DNA of 64,000 bases. Source: an uncultured Verrucomicrobiae bacterium. GTDB taxonomy: Bacteria > Verrucomicrobiota > Verrucomicrobiia > Chthoniobacterales > UBA10450. Shown in pieces: positions 1 through 9,632 of this stretch (within the stretch, counting starts at the first letter, position 1; every line of letters begins with the position of its first letter). The translations under genes and the position numbers were made by a program. Under the pieces are notes generated by a model, which did not search any database, was not told the origin of the DNA, and was given only the letters and a program-made list of their open reading frames with translations. The DNA lies in the NCBI GenBank assembly GCA_963834385.1, contig CAWIBO010000002.1, forward strand, positions 544,001-608,000. The letters are read 5' to 3'.

Positions 1-108
1 GGTCCCTTCGGGACCTGGAGGCGGAGCTGCCGCCCGATTAAGCGGCATCGCCCACGGTCGCTCTTGGCTCTTGCTGGAAGAAAAGGTTTACGGCACGTTG
101 GGCGCTTC

Positions 109-180
109 GGGTTGGTAGCTCAATGGTAGAGCAGCGCCCTTTTAAGGCGTTGGTTGTGGGTTCGAGTCCCACCCAACCCA
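109..180 (+). tRNA. tRNA-Lys(TTT), CCA not encoded
   Basis: Acceptor GGGTTGG/CCAACCC, D-arm TAGCTCAATGGTAGAGCA, anticodon stem GCGCC/GGCGT with loop CTTTTAA, T-loop GGTTCGAGTCC. Confidence 0.97.
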
Positions 181-324
181 TCTTCCCGCGGGCCGCGGGA
201 CCTCCGGGACGACCGGGCGGGTGAATCTGAGCGGTTTCACGCCCGCCTTCCACGGTGGGCACGTAAAAAAACCACCATTTTTCTTCTCGACAGCAGGGTT
301 CCGGGGCGCGAAAAACGGCACCTT

Positions 325-1308
325 GTGAACACCTCAACCTACCTTAACCGATTTATTCACGGCTCGGCCGCAGCACTGCTGCTGGCTACCGGCTTCCCGG
401 CTTTCGCTGACAAGGAAATCCTCGACGCCAAAGGCCCCGACAAAAACCCGCCCATTCTGGAGCAGGCCGCCCCGCAACCCCGCTGGTATTTCAGCCTTGG
501 TGCCGGCACTGACTTCGATCTCGATTCTGCGTTCGTGAACGGGGTGGACGAAGACTTCAACAACGTCCTCCCATTTAACGCCGCGACCGCCCCTGGCGGT
601 ATCTTCATCCCCGGGAAAGGTCCGGATGGCTCGGGCAACCTGCACATTCGCAACCGCGACTTCCACGATGCCTACGACGACCTGATCCGCATCAACGCGG
701 AGCTGGGTTACCGGATCAATGATTATTGGGAAGTGTTCCTCCTCTTCAAATACACCCACGCCGATGCGAACACTTTGAGCGGCAGCTCCCTGACGATCGA
801 TTTCGATGAGGACGACGGCGGCTTTCCCTTCCCGGGGGGCGATCTCCGCTTCGATTTTGTCAGTCGTTTCGACGACTATGACGCTTACGGGGGCGAGATT
901 GGCGCCCGCTTCTTCTTCTTCCAGCCGGAATCGCGGATCCGTCCCTACATCTCGGTGCAGGGTGGTGCGACCTATGTCGAGCAGATCGACGCAAATGTCT
1001 GGGTGCTTAACCCCTTCATTGGCGATGAGGTCGAGGGCGGCCTGGGCGCTTTGGACATCGACTTTTATAGCGCCAGCGTGGTCGGCACGGTTGCCGGTCT
1101 GTTTGGCGCCGAGTTCAAGGTCACGGAACGCTTCTCCATCACGGCGGACATCGGTCTCCGCTATTACATGGAGTTGTGCGACGATGACGACGACTTGAAC
1201 GATTTTTCAGAAGGAGGGGCGCCTTTTGGTCTCGACTTGGAATCGGTCAATAATGAAGGCTATCGCCTCGCCATCCCGGTGACGATCTCGGCCAAGTTCC
1301 GGTTCTAA
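325..1308 (+). CDS. Outer-membrane beta-barrel protein
   Basis: ORF 154..1308 overlaps the tRNA, so the likely start is GTG 325; signal peptide ending PAFA, alternating aromatic beta-strands, C-terminal ISAKFRF. Confidence 0.8.
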   Translation: MNTSTYLNRFIHGSAAALLLATGFPAFADKEILDAKGPDKNPPILEQAAPQPRWYFSLGAGTDFDLDSAFVNGVDEDFNNVLPFNAATAPGGIFIPGKGPDGSGNLHIRNRDFHDAYDDLIRINAELGYRINDYWEVFLLFKYTHADANTLSGSSLTIDFDEDDGGFPFPGGDLRFDFVSRFDDYDAYGGEIGARFFFFQPESRIRPYISVQGGATYVEQIDANVWVLNPFIGDEVEGGLGALDIDFYSASVVGTVAGLFGAEFKVTERFSITADIGLRYYMELCDDDDDLNDFSEGGAPFGLDLESVNNEGYRLAIPVTISAKFRF

Positions 1309-1330
1309 GAACCTCAGCCAGCCAGTTTAA

Positions 1331-1372
1331 CAAAGGGGCGCAGCGTTTAACGTTGCGCCCCTTTTGCTTTTT
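1331..1372 (+). terminator. Rho-independent terminator
   Basis: AAAGGGGCGCAGCG-TTTAA-CGTTGCGCCCCTTT followed by a T-rich tail, just after the stop at 1308. Confidence 0.85.
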
Positions 1373-1618
1373 CGATAGAACATGCCCGCTCGCGTCACCC
1401 TCACCCCCCTCGCTCTCCCCCGTGCGATCCCCCGTTTCACTGGAATATATCGTGCTTCATAAGGAGGCGCCCACCTTGGGCGCGCCTCCCATGCCCGAGA
1501 TAAGTTTTTCCGACCATTTTCCCGAACTCCCCCCGCCTCCGCGGCCGATTCGGCTGGCGTTCCCGCCGACAATCCCGGGTATGCCCCCACGGAGGATCCT
1601 GATTCGCGCCGACGCCGG

Positions 1619-2347
1619 ATGGATCGGGTCATCCTGATCGTCGGCGTTCTCCTCCTGACCGGAGGTTGCGGTCTTTACTGCTCCTACAAATTTTTCAACC
1701 CCAGCGATCGCGCCGGAAAATTCTCGCTCTGGCCGCGTGATCGGTATGAGGCGCGCGCTGTCCCGTTTCCCGCACTCGTTCCCGAACGCGCCACCGCCTT
1801 GCGGCCGCCGGAATCCCGGCCGGACGCGGTTACCGGCCTTCCCGCCGCTTTGGATCGGCCGGCACGCAAAGTCACGCGCGCGTCGTCGAACAGCCGCCGG
1901 TCCGTGGTGGCCGGCCGCGGTTCATCCCAGCGTGATGGCGGTGGCCGTGGCGCCAGCAGCCCGGCGGTGAACAACCCCGCCATTCCTTCAAACCCGACCA
2001 ACGCCATCCCGCAGACCGTGAAAACGGCGCAACGCACCGTGACGCGGGTGCGACATGTCATGGGGCGTCTTATCCCCGAGCGCGTCACCTACACGGTGGA
2101 TGACACGGCCACGACGGCGCGGCGCACGGCCCGCGGCGCCCGCCGGACAGTCGACCAGGCGGCTGGCGGTGTGAACGATCGCGTGAATGGCGTGGTCAAC
2201 GATGCCGGCGCCTCGATGCAGGGCATCTCGGACGGTCTTCCCGGGCTGGGTGGCGGCGAAATGTCCGGTTTAAGCGGTGCCGCCGGTGGTGTCTCCGGCC
2301 TCGGCGCCGGGCTCCCGAACGTGGGCGGTTTGACGCCCGGCGGCTAA
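1619..2347 (+). CDS. Hypothetical single-pass membrane protein with low-complexity Gly/Ala/Arg tail; may really start at ATG 1491 via an indel
   Basis: Hydrophobic stretch VILIVGVLLLTGGCGLYC then a long low-complexity region. Confidence 0.55.
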   Translation: MDRVILIVGVLLLTGGCGLYCSYKFFNPSDRAGKFSLWPRDRYEARAVPFPALVPERATALRPPESRPDAVTGLPAALDRPARKVTRASSNSRRSVVAGRGSSQRDGGGRGASSPAVNNPAIPSNPTNAIPQTVKTAQRTVTRVRHVMGRLIPERVTYTVDDTATTARRTARGARRTVDQAAGGVNDRVNGVVNDAGASMQGISDGLPGLGGGEMSGLSGAAGGVSGLGAGLPNVGGLTPGG

Positions 2348-2916
2348 AAGAGCGTCTCCTCGCCCGTGTAATCAAGTCGGCCATCCACCAGGCGAGCCGC
2401 GCCCGTGAACGGATGCGGTTCGCTTTTCCTGAGGTCGAAAAGGTGGCAGACCTCCGTCCCGCGGGCCTTGAAATAATCGGCGATCAAACCGCGGTGACAC
2501 CGCCACCAGACCGCCTCCGCACACATCACCGCCGTCGGCATGACGCCGGCCCGCTCCGCCAGGGCCCTCGCCGCCGCCTCGAATTCGGGCGTCTCCATGT
2601 AATCGGCGTATCCGCGGAAAGATTCGTTTCGCCACGCCGTGTTGCGGGAGTCCGGCCGCGGTCGGCGCCGCCCGCCCAGCGCCCGCAGCGGCAGATAGGC
2701 GATGTGCTGCGCCGTCAGGAGAGTCGCCAGCGCCTCGGAGTTGAAGTGCGGATATCGCTTCGAACCCGGGTGAAGCCGAACATCCACGACGGCTTCAATC
2801 TTATGGGCCCGCAGGACGGCGACGAACTCCTCCCCGCTCCGCGTGCTGTGGCCGATGGTCCAGAGCCGGCGGGGCCAGGCCACGCCCGGCTCCGTGTCAG
2901 GGCGACCCGGGGACAT
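2344..2916 (-). CDS. DUF488 family protein
   Basis: WTIGHSTRS, VDVR..PGS, LGGRR, FRGYADYM, MCAEAVWWRCHR motifs. Confidence 0.9.
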   Translation of the reverse strand: MSPGRPDTEPGVAWPRRLWTIGHSTRSGEEFVAVLRAHKIEAVVDVRLHPGSKRYPHFNSEALATLLTAQHIAYLPLRALGGRRRPRPDSRNTAWRNESFRGYADYMETPEFEAAARALAERAGVMPTAVMCAEAVWWRCHRGLIADYFKARGTEVCHLFDLRKSEPHPFTGAARLVDGRLDYTGEETLF

Positions 2917-3901
2917 CGGCAAGCTCGGCCACCACCTTCTCGAGCGCGGAAACCACCCGCGCCATCGATTCATAATCAAGCTGCCCGGGCGTGTCTGATC
3001 GCTCGTGATAATGCGGGTAACGGAACGGGGCCGTGTCGGTCACCATCACCCCGGGATAACCATGCTGCCAAAAGGCCCACTGGTCGGACCAGCCAATCCC
3101 CGGCACGGCGGCGGGAAGCGCTGCCCCTTCGCTCCCGATGGTGGCATGCCGGCGGAAGACCTGCATCACCTGCCGCAGAAGATGACGCGAGCCCGGGTTG
3201 GAGACGAACCCAATGAAGTTTCCGCGGGTGGGATAGGCCAGGGAAAGGCCGGGCAGCGGATAAACCTGCGACCCTTTCCCGCTCGAGAAATAGCCGATCG
3301 TCTCCAGGCTCAGCATTGCCACGACGCGATCGCCCCGCTGCCGGCAGTTCTTCGCGTAAACCATGCTCCCCATATCCGCGGTCTGAAAATAGGGCGGCTC
3401 TTCGTTGGTGAAAGCGACAAAACGAAGGGTGCGCGCCGGCTTCTGCCCGGCAAATTTGCGAGCCAGGGCGAGAAGGGCCGCCACGCCGCTCCCGTTGTCA
3501 TTGGCCCCGGGCGAACCATAAACCGAATCGTAATGGGCTCCCACCACCACCACCTCGGCCGATCCCGGGATGGAGGCCTCGATATTATCGGAGTGAACCC
3601 CTCGGACGGCATAACCCTCGCGGCGCACCGCGAGCCCCGCCTCGCGAAAGGTTTGCTCGATGTAATCGGCCGCGGCCACCAGCCGGCTATGATGCGGGAG
3701 GTTCCGTTCACCGATGGTTTCACCGAGCATCCGGACATGGCTTTCGAGCTCGTCCCGCAGCTGCACCTCGTCCGGGGTCAGCGGCGGCGGACTCCCACGA
3801 AAACTCCGCCCTGGCATCCGGATCATCATGGTCCAGGCCATGATGCCGGCCAGGAGAGCCGCGACAAGGCCGAAGGCGACAGGCCGAAGAACTGTTTTCA
3901 T
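2897..3901 (-). CDS. M28 family metallopeptidase
   Basis: VGAHYDS, GANDNGSG, FTNEEPP, WSDQ, YH..SD; ATG 3901 overlaps the permease stop. Confidence 0.9.
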   Translation of the reverse strand: MKTVLRPVAFGLVAALLAGIMAWTMMIRMPGRSFRGSPPPLTPDEVQLRDELESHVRMLGETIGERNLPHHSRLVAAADYIEQTFREAGLAVRREGYAVRGVHSDNIEASIPGSAEVVVVGAHYDSVYGSPGANDNGSGVAALLALARKFAGQKPARTLRFVAFTNEEPPYFQTADMGSMVYAKNCRQRGDRVVAMLSLETIGYFSSGKGSQVYPLPGLSLAYPTRGNFIGFVSNPGSRHLLRQVMQVFRRHATIGSEGAALPAAVPGIGWSDQWAFWQHGYPGVMVTDTAPFRYPHYHERSDTPGQLDYESMARVVSALEKVVAELADVPGSP

Positions 3902-5019
3902 CCGAGCTTGCGGCGAAACCGGAGCGAACACAAAAAGAAGAGGGAGACGGCCATGCCGGTAAGAATCGCAAGCGACCGCCAGTATTCCGCAAACTCGGCG
4001 CCGCGCAGAATGATGGCCCGCATGAGGGCGATGAAATGGGTGGTCGGGATGATGGACCCGAGGGCGTAGAAGATCCAGGGCATGGTCTCGCGCGGAAAGA
4101 TAAACCCGGAAAAGAAGACACTGGGCAAAACGAAAACCATCGAGATCTGCAAGGCCTGCATCTGGTTGCCCGCCTTGGTGCCGACGAGCAGCCCGAGGCT
4201 CAGCAGCGCGAAGACATAAATAAGCGTGCTCCCCAGCATCATGAGAACGCTGCCCGCAATCGGCACCGCGAAGATGAAACGCATGACCGCAAAGAGCAGA
4301 AAGGCGATGAGCATGCCGATGCAAAGATAGGGAATGAGTTTGCCCAGCATCAGACCCCAGCGGCTGACCGGGCTGACCAGCAGTTGTTCCAGGGTGCCGC
4401 GTTCCCGTTCGCGCACCAACGCCATGGCGGTGGCAAAGACGGTCCCGATCTGCAGGACCACCCCGATGACGCCGGGCACGAAAAAGTTCGGGCTGCGCAT
4501 GGTCGGGTTGTAGAGGAGCTGCGGCCGGATCTCCACGGGAACGGCGGCGCGCCCGCTCTCGCGCATGAGCATCTCGACCGATTGTCGCAGGGCCACACCG
4601 AGGCCGGTGTTGAGCGCCTGCTGCGCCGTGGTCGAATTCGAACCGTCGATGAGCAGCTGCACCTGCGTCGGGCGGCCGGAGCGCAGGTCACGCGCAAAAT
4701 CAGGCGGGATCTGGAGCCCGGCGTAAGCCCGCCCCTGCCGCAACTGGCTGGCCAGCTCCTCCACGCTTCCCACCTCCGCCACCTGGCGAAAAGTCTCGGT
4801 GTTCACCAGCCGGTCGATGAAGCGGCGGCTCTCCGCCGTCCGGTCCTCGTTCAGCACCGCCAGGCCCATGTGGCGGACGTCGTTATCGAGCGCAAACCCG
4901 AAGGCCACCATCTGGATCATCGGCGGGAACAGCATGAAAAAGAGGGTCATCGGGTCCCGGGCCACGGTGATGAACTCCTTGAAAAGAATGGCGCTGAGGC
5001 CGCGGAACGGGCGTTTCAT
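3898..5019 (-). CDS. ABC-2 exporter permease (YbhR/YbhS-like)
   Basis: KEF...RDP, LYNP, RERERGTLEQLLVSP, multiple TM helices; start MKRPF at 5019. Confidence 0.92.
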   Translation of the reverse strand: MKRPFRGLSAILFKEFITVARDPMTLFFMLFPPMIQMVAFGFALDNDVRHMGLAVLNEDRTAESRRFIDRLVNTETFRQVAEVGSVEELASQLRQGRAYAGLQIPPDFARDLRSGRPTQVQLLIDGSNSTTAQQALNTGLGVALRQSVEMLMRESGRAAVPVEIRPQLLYNPTMRSPNFFVPGVIGVVLQIGTVFATAMALVRERERGTLEQLLVSPVSRWGLMLGKLIPYLCIGMLIAFLLFAVMRFIFAVPIAGSVLMMLGSTLIYVFALLSLGLLVGTKAGNQMQALQISMVFVLPSVFFSGFIFPRETMPWIFYALGSIIPTTHFIALMRAIILRGAEFAEYWRSLAILTGMAVSLFFLCSLRFRRKLG

Positions 5020-5975
5020 CAGGCAGCCGCCCTTCTCGCTTCCCCGTAGCGCGCGGTCAGGGCCACGAAGACATCCTCCAGCGACGGCCCGATCTCGCGC
5101 ATGTCGGTCTCCGCGATGCCGACCTCCCGCAGGCGCGCCGCGATCGCCTCGTTTGAGAGCTGTTCCTCCACCAGCAGGTGCATCGACTGCCCAAAAACGG
5201 TGGCCGAAAGAATCCCCGGCGCCGCCCGCATCGTCTGCAACGCCCGGGTAACATGCTCGCAGGTGATATCGAGGCGACGCGCTCCCGGCGGGTTCACCTC
5301 CGGCAGCCGCTTGAGGTCGTCGGGTTCGCCGCAAACAACCAGTTTGCTCATGTGGATGTAGCCGACGTGCGAGCAGCGTTCGGCCTCATCCATGTAATGG
5401 GTCGTGACGAAAAGCGTCATGCCGCGCCCGGCGAACTCGAACAGCAGGTCCCACAGTTCCCGGCGGGCCACGGGATCGATCCCGGCGGTCGGTTCATCGA
5501 GGAAAAGCACGGTCGGCTCGTGCATCAGGGCGCAGGCCATGGCCAGCCGCTGTCGCCAGCCGCCCGAGAGCAGCGCCGCGCGCCGCCCAAGATACGGTTC
5601 CAGATGCGTCAGGGCGATCAGTTCGTCGCGCCGCGCCCGCAAAGCCCGCTCGCGCAGGCCGTAGAGCTTCCCGGAAAAGGTCAGGTTCTCGCCCACCGTC
5701 AGCTCATCGTAGAGGGAAAACTTCTGCGACATGTAACCGATCAAATCCTTGATCGCCTCCGTCTCCCGCCGGATATCGTGGCCGGCGATCCGACCGGTGC
5801 CGCCGGTCGGCTCGAGGATGCCGCAGAGCATCCGGATGACGGTCGATTTCCCGGAACCGTTCGGGCCGAGAAAGCCGAAGATGCTCCCCTTTCCCACCGA
5901 AAAACTGACGTCATCGACCGCGGTGAAATCACCGAACCGCCGCGTCAGGCCCTCGGCTTCGATCATCGCCTCCAT
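5019..5975 (-). CDS. ABC transporter ATP-binding protein
   Basis: Walker A GPNGSGKS, signature LSGGW, Walker B LFLDEPT, H-loop TTHYMDE. Confidence 0.95.
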   Translation of the reverse strand: MEAMIEAEGLTRRFGDFTAVDDVSFSVGKGSIFGFLGPNGSGKSTVIRMLCGILEPTGGTGRIAGHDIRRETEAIKDLIGYMSQKFSLYDELTVGENLTFSGKLYGLRERALRARRDELIALTHLEPYLGRRAALLSGGWRQRLAMACALMHEPTVLFLDEPTAGIDPVARRELWDLLFEFAGRGMTLFVTTHYMDEAERCSHVGYIHMSKLVVCGEPDDLKRLPEVNPPGARRLDITCEHVTRALQTMRAAPGILSATVFGQSMHLLVEEQLSNEAIAARLREVGIAETDMREIGPSLEDVFVALTARYGEARRAAA

Positions 5976-5998
5976 CGCTTAAACGAGACGGGCGCCTC

Positions 5999-6871
5999 TC
6001 ACCGCAACGACTCCGGGACGCCGGGAAATTCGACATCGGCAGCCATGCCCGCGCGGAGTTTTTCTCCATTCTCCAGCCGGACCTTGACGGCAAAAACCTG
6101 GCGGACCCTGTCTTCCACGGTCTGCACGTTGCGCGGGGTGAACTCGGCCTGCCGGCTGACCTGTTCCACCACACCGCCAAAGTCGCGTTCGGGAAAGGCG
6201 TCGACGCGCACCCGGACCTTGTCGCCGATGCGGATGTGCCCGAGCCAGGGCTGCGGCACGTAAACGCGCACCCAGAGATATTCGGGGAGAATGAGAGTGG
6301 CCACCTCGCGGTTGGGCGGGAGGACATCGCCCACCTTCACACTGAGCACCTCGAGAATGGCCGGCCCGGGCGAGAGCACCGTCATCTCGCGCAGGCGGGT
6401 CTCAATCTCGGCCAGGTTCGCCTTGGCCTGCGCCACCCGCATCTCCGAGGCTTCCACCGATTTTTCCTGGGCGTTGGCCAGGCTGGCCGCCCGTTCCGCT
6501 TCGCTCGGCGAAACGGTGCGATTGCGCAGCAGTTCCTGCTGGCGGCGGGTATCGCCGCGGAGAAACTCGAGCTGCGCTTTCTGTGACTCGACCTCGCGCA
6601 GGGCCGCCTCCACCTGCGCCCGGGCAAGGTCCAGCTGCGCCGGCAGTTCCGCCGCCTCCAATTTCACGATCGGCGCGCCGGCGGCGAGCTGTTCCCCTTC
6701 GCGCGCGAAGACCTTCTCGACGCGGCCGCCCGCGCGCGAGGCAACATGCACCTCATCGACCTCAACGGTGCCGGAGACAGATTCGCCCCGCCGCTCACAG
6801 GCGGCCAGCGCCAGCGCGGCTGCCACCAGCAGCGCGCCCGCCCGGAATGGTCGGATCGTCACGACGCTCAT
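5999..6871 (-). CDS. HlyD-family periplasmic adaptor (probable lipoprotein)
   Basis: Lipobox-like LAAC, lipoyl halves, coiled coil, AEFTPRNVQT..DR motif; operon with ABC genes. Confidence 0.9.
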   Translation of the reverse strand: MSVVTIRPFRAGALLVAAALALAACERRGESVSGTVEVDEVHVASRAGGRVEKVFAREGEQLAAGAPIVKLEAAELPAQLDLARAQVEAALREVESQKAQLEFLRGDTRRQQELLRNRTVSPSEAERAASLANAQEKSVEASEMRVAQAKANLAEIETRLREMTVLSPGPAILEVLSVKVGDVLPPNREVATLILPEYLWVRVYVPQPWLGHIRIGDKVRVRVDAFPERDFGGVVEQVSRQAEFTPRNVQTVEDRVRQVFAVKVRLENGEKLRAGMAADVEFPGVPESLR

Positions 6872-6935
6872 TCTATCCGGAAGCCGACGGAGGCGAAGGA
6901 TTTGTTGCCGCTCCCGAAAATTCCTACAGTGCTCC

Positions 6936-7340
6936 ATGAGCAAACGAATTTTTGATCACATCGACCTGCGCGTGCACGATCGTGCCGCCGCGCAGAAATT
7001 TTATGCCCGACTGCTGCCCGCGGTCGGGCTGACCCATGACGCCAGCGGCGACGAATGGGGCGCCTTCGAGGCCGGGCCGGACGGGGCCGCGGGCGTCTTT
7101 TTTGGCTTCACCGAGGACCCGACGCATCAGCCCGGCGCGAACCGGATCGCCTTCTGGGCGGAAAGCCGGGAAGAGGTGGACCGGATCGCGCAAACGATCC
7201 GGGAAGCCGGCGCCCAGACCATCGAAGGACCCGAACTCTGCCGGGAATATTCCCCCGGCTACTACGCCGTCTTCTTCGAGGACCCCAGCGGCAACAAGCT
7301 CGAGGTCTGCCACCGGGCCAGCCGCCTCAGCGCGGAGTGA
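6936..7340 (+). CDS. VOC/glyoxalase family protein
   Basis: FDHIDLRV, IAFWAESREEVD, YYAVFFEDPSGNKLEV. Confidence 0.92.
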   Translation: MSKRIFDHIDLRVHDRAAAQKFYARLLPAVGLTHDASGDEWGAFEAGPDGAAGVFFGFTEDPTHQPGANRIAFWAESREEVDRIAQTIREAGAQTIEGPELCREYSPGYYAVFFEDPSGNKLEVCHRASRLSAE

Positions 7341-7917
7341 TCCCAAAAAGGGCGAGCGCCTCCCGCGTTTTTTCCATGGGCAGACCGACCACGTTGCTGA
7401 AGGAGCCGTCGATTTTCCGGATGATCCGGCCAGCGTCATCCTGCGCGGCATAGGCCCCCGCCTTGTCGAGTGGATTGACCACGCGGAAATATTCCGTGAT
7501 GCGGTCATCATCCAGCCGTTGAAACGTCACGCGGGTCACCTCGTGGAAGGCGACAAAGCTGCGCTTCCACCGGTGCGCCAGATGAACCGCGGAACAGACG
7601 ATGTGGGTGCGGCCGCTCAACCGACGCAGGATCGCGCGGGCATCCTCCAGGTCACGCGGTTTCCCGATCACCTCCTCCTCCAGGGCCACGAGGGTGTCGG
7701 CGCCGAGAACGACCGCCTCGGGATTAACCCGGGCGATATCGAGGCATTTGCGGGTGGCATTGAGCGTGGTCACCTCCCGGATGGTGAGGTCGCCCGCGCT
7801 CGACTCCGAGATGGACGAAAGAGCCACCCGAAAATCGTAGCCGGCCGCGCGCAGCAGCTCGCTCCGCCGGGGCGAAGCCGAGGCCAGGAGCAGACGCGGA
7901 ACAACCACCCCGCTCAT
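7327..7917 (-). CDS. maf: Maf family nucleotide pyrophosphatase
   Basis: LASASPRRSELL, GADT, GKP, LSGRTH, DKAGAY, NVVGLP. Confidence 0.93.
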   Translation of the reverse strand: MSGVVVPRLLLASASPRRSELLRAAGYDFRVALSSISESSAGDLTIREVTTLNATRKCLDIARVNPEAVVLGADTLVALEEEVIGKPRDLEDARAILRRLSGRTHIVCSAVHLAHRWKRSFVAFHEVTRVTFQRLDDDRITEYFRVVNPLDKAGAYAAQDDAGRIIRKIDGSFSNVVGLPMEKTREALALFGITPR

Positions 7918-7925
7918 GGACCCGG

Positions 7926-8636
7926 TCAGGGACGGCGCGGCGCCGGCGACGTTTTGCCGCCAGACTGTCCCGGTTTTTTGCCGCCGAGGATGTCGGGCAT
8001 CTTCATTTCCTTGTAATTCGCCGGGACGGTAAACTCCGTCTCGTCCAGCGGTTCCTGGCTCACCGAGACGATTGTGGTCGTCATTTCCTGCGCGCCCATT
8101 TTGACTTTCGTGCGCAACGGGAGCCCCGGGAAATCGCGAAAATCCGGAATCCCCAGCGCTCCCTGCGGCACGTTCCCGGGGGTGGCGGAGGAAAGCTGGC
8201 GGATGATCTCGCGAGCATTTGGAAAATCCTTCGCGATCCAGTAGGTGGCCTTGAAAGAGGGACTTTCGTAGGTGTATTCCGCGGTCTCATGCCCGTCGAT
8301 GGTCTCGGTCCGTCCGGTCGCCGTGAGCTTGGGTCGGGGGGCGGGGCTGGTCGCGGCCTCGAGCACGCCGGCCAGCGCCTTGGTCTGGGCGCCGGAAATC
8401 CGGACCACCTCGCGGGTGTCGTTTTTCAGGTAAAGAATGTCGCCGCTGGCGCTGTCGATGATGGCCGTCGGCTGCGGGGGCGCCTCCATCCGCACCTTGG
8501 TGCCCTTGATCTTGATGGTCATGTTGGAGAAGGGACCGGCCCCTTCCGCTTTCTGCACAATGGTGAGATCAGCCTGCGCGAGGGTCGGCAGGAACGTGCA
8601 GAGCGCGAGGGCGGCGAGCAGACCAGGACGGGGCAT
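7926..8636 (-). CDS. Secreted DUF4412-like protein
   Basis: Signal peptide, TGRTETIDGHET.EY, GLPLRT, FTVPANY. Confidence 0.75.
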   Translation of the reverse strand: MPRPGLLAALALCTFLPTLAQADLTIVQKAEGAGPFSNMTIKIKGTKVRMEAPPQPTAIIDSASGDILYLKNDTREVVRISGAQTKALAGVLEAATSPAPRPKLTATGRTETIDGHETAEYTYESPSFKATYWIAKDFPNAREIIRQLSSATPGNVPQGALGIPDFRDFPGLPLRTKVKMGAQEMTTTIVSVSQEPLDETEFTVPANYKEMKMPDILGGKKPGQSGGKTSPAPRRP

Positions 8637-8743
8637 GGGCTTTTAGCTAGCGGCGGATGGCAAAATAGCAAGCGGCCGCGGGCCGGGACGGCGCAAAAAC
8701 CGCTTGGCAGCGCCCGGGCGGCGCGGCACGTTAGCGCTCGGTC

Positions 8744-8814
8744 GCGGGTGTAGCTTAATGGTAAAGCTGTAGCCTTCCAAGCTACTGACGAGGGTTCGAT
8801 TCCCTTCACCCGCT
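8744..8814 (+). tRNA. tRNA-Gly(TCC), CCA not encoded
   Basis: Acceptor GCGGGTG/CACCCGC, anticodon stem GTAGC/GCTAC with loop CTTCCAA, T-loop GGTTCGATTCC. Confidence 0.97.
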
Positions 8815-8899
8815 CTCCTCTCCACGCTAATTGTGTTGACGGGAAGGCCAGGGAAGGCTTACAAGCCGATGTAATTTCGGCAGAACCAAGGGGAGCTTT

Positions 8900-9553
8900 A
8901 TGAACACTATTTCCGGGAATTTCACTCTGCGCGCCGCCGCGGCCTTTCTTTCCATCATCGCACTGGGCGCCGGGTTCTGGTCGAGCACCAGCCAGGCGGA
9001 GGAAACACCCAAGCCCCTCGCGATGATCGAAACCTACCTCACCCCGATCGGGAAGACGGTGGCGAACGCGACCAAGGAACAGCTGCTCGACGCCGTCTGC
9101 CAGGCGGTCAAACGCTGGAAAGCTTCCGCCCCGCAGATCGTCCGCGCCGCGGCCGAGGCCCGCCCGGAACTCAAAAAGGATATCCTGGAAACAGCCTACC
9201 GCTGCCTCGGGTCGGACGATTGCAACCTGCTCGATGAAATTCTTGATGCCCTGACCAATCTCTTCCCGAAGGAGGCCGCCGCGCTGACCGGCTGGGCCGC
9301 TGATTTTGCTCCCGGTTGCACTGACGCTTTTGGCGCGACTGCCGACGACGGCCGGTTCGGGCAGACGCCAGGCAATCAGAACCCGCCCCCGGGATCGATC
9401 GGCGGCGGTGGCGGCGGCTCGACCAATCTCGTGGCGGTCTGCCGCAATGGAGAGACCGTTTTTGTCACGCCCGACAAGGCGGAGGAAATCCTGCGGGACG
9501 ATCCGGGCGCGACCCTGGGCCCGTGCCAGGTGACCCCAGTGACCAATCCGTAG
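8900..9553 (+). CDS. Secreted Cys-containing hypothetical protein at the head of the polysaccharide locus
   Basis: RBS GGGGAG, signal peptide, helical domain, Gly linker, C-terminal VAVC...GATLGPC module. Confidence 0.8.
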   Translation: MNTISGNFTLRAAAAFLSIIALGAGFWSSTSQAEETPKPLAMIETYLTPIGKTVANATKEQLLDAVCQAVKRWKASAPQIVRAAAEARPELKKDILETAYRCLGSDDCNLLDEILDALTNLFPKEAAALTGWAADFAPGCTDAFGATADDGRFGQTPGNQNPPPGSIGGGGGGSTNLVAVCRNGETVFVTPDKAEEILRDDPGATLGPCQVTPVTNP

Positions 9554-9571
9554 AGCGAAAGTCACTCGGTG

Positions 9572-9612
9572 AAGGCCGTTGCGAGAAAAGGTCGCAACGG
9601 CCTTTCGCTTTT
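9572..9612 (+). terminator. Terminator-like hairpin
   Basis: AAGGCCGTTGCGA-GAAAAGG-TCGCAACGGCCTT followed by TCGCTTTT. Confidence 0.7.
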
Positions 9613-9632
9613 CCGAACCGCGAGCCCAGAGC

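Noticed and set aside
3..41. 3-prime end of an upstream CDS (SLRDLEAELPPD*)
   Set aside because: Too short to support or identify
181..324. Riboswitch in the leader of the barrel gene
   Set aside because: Only generic GC-rich hairpins; no aptamer consensus recognised
109..8814. tRNA-targeted genomic island between tRNA-Lys and tRNA-Gly
   Set aside because: No integrase, no duplicated tRNA 3-prime end noticed, and composition matches the host
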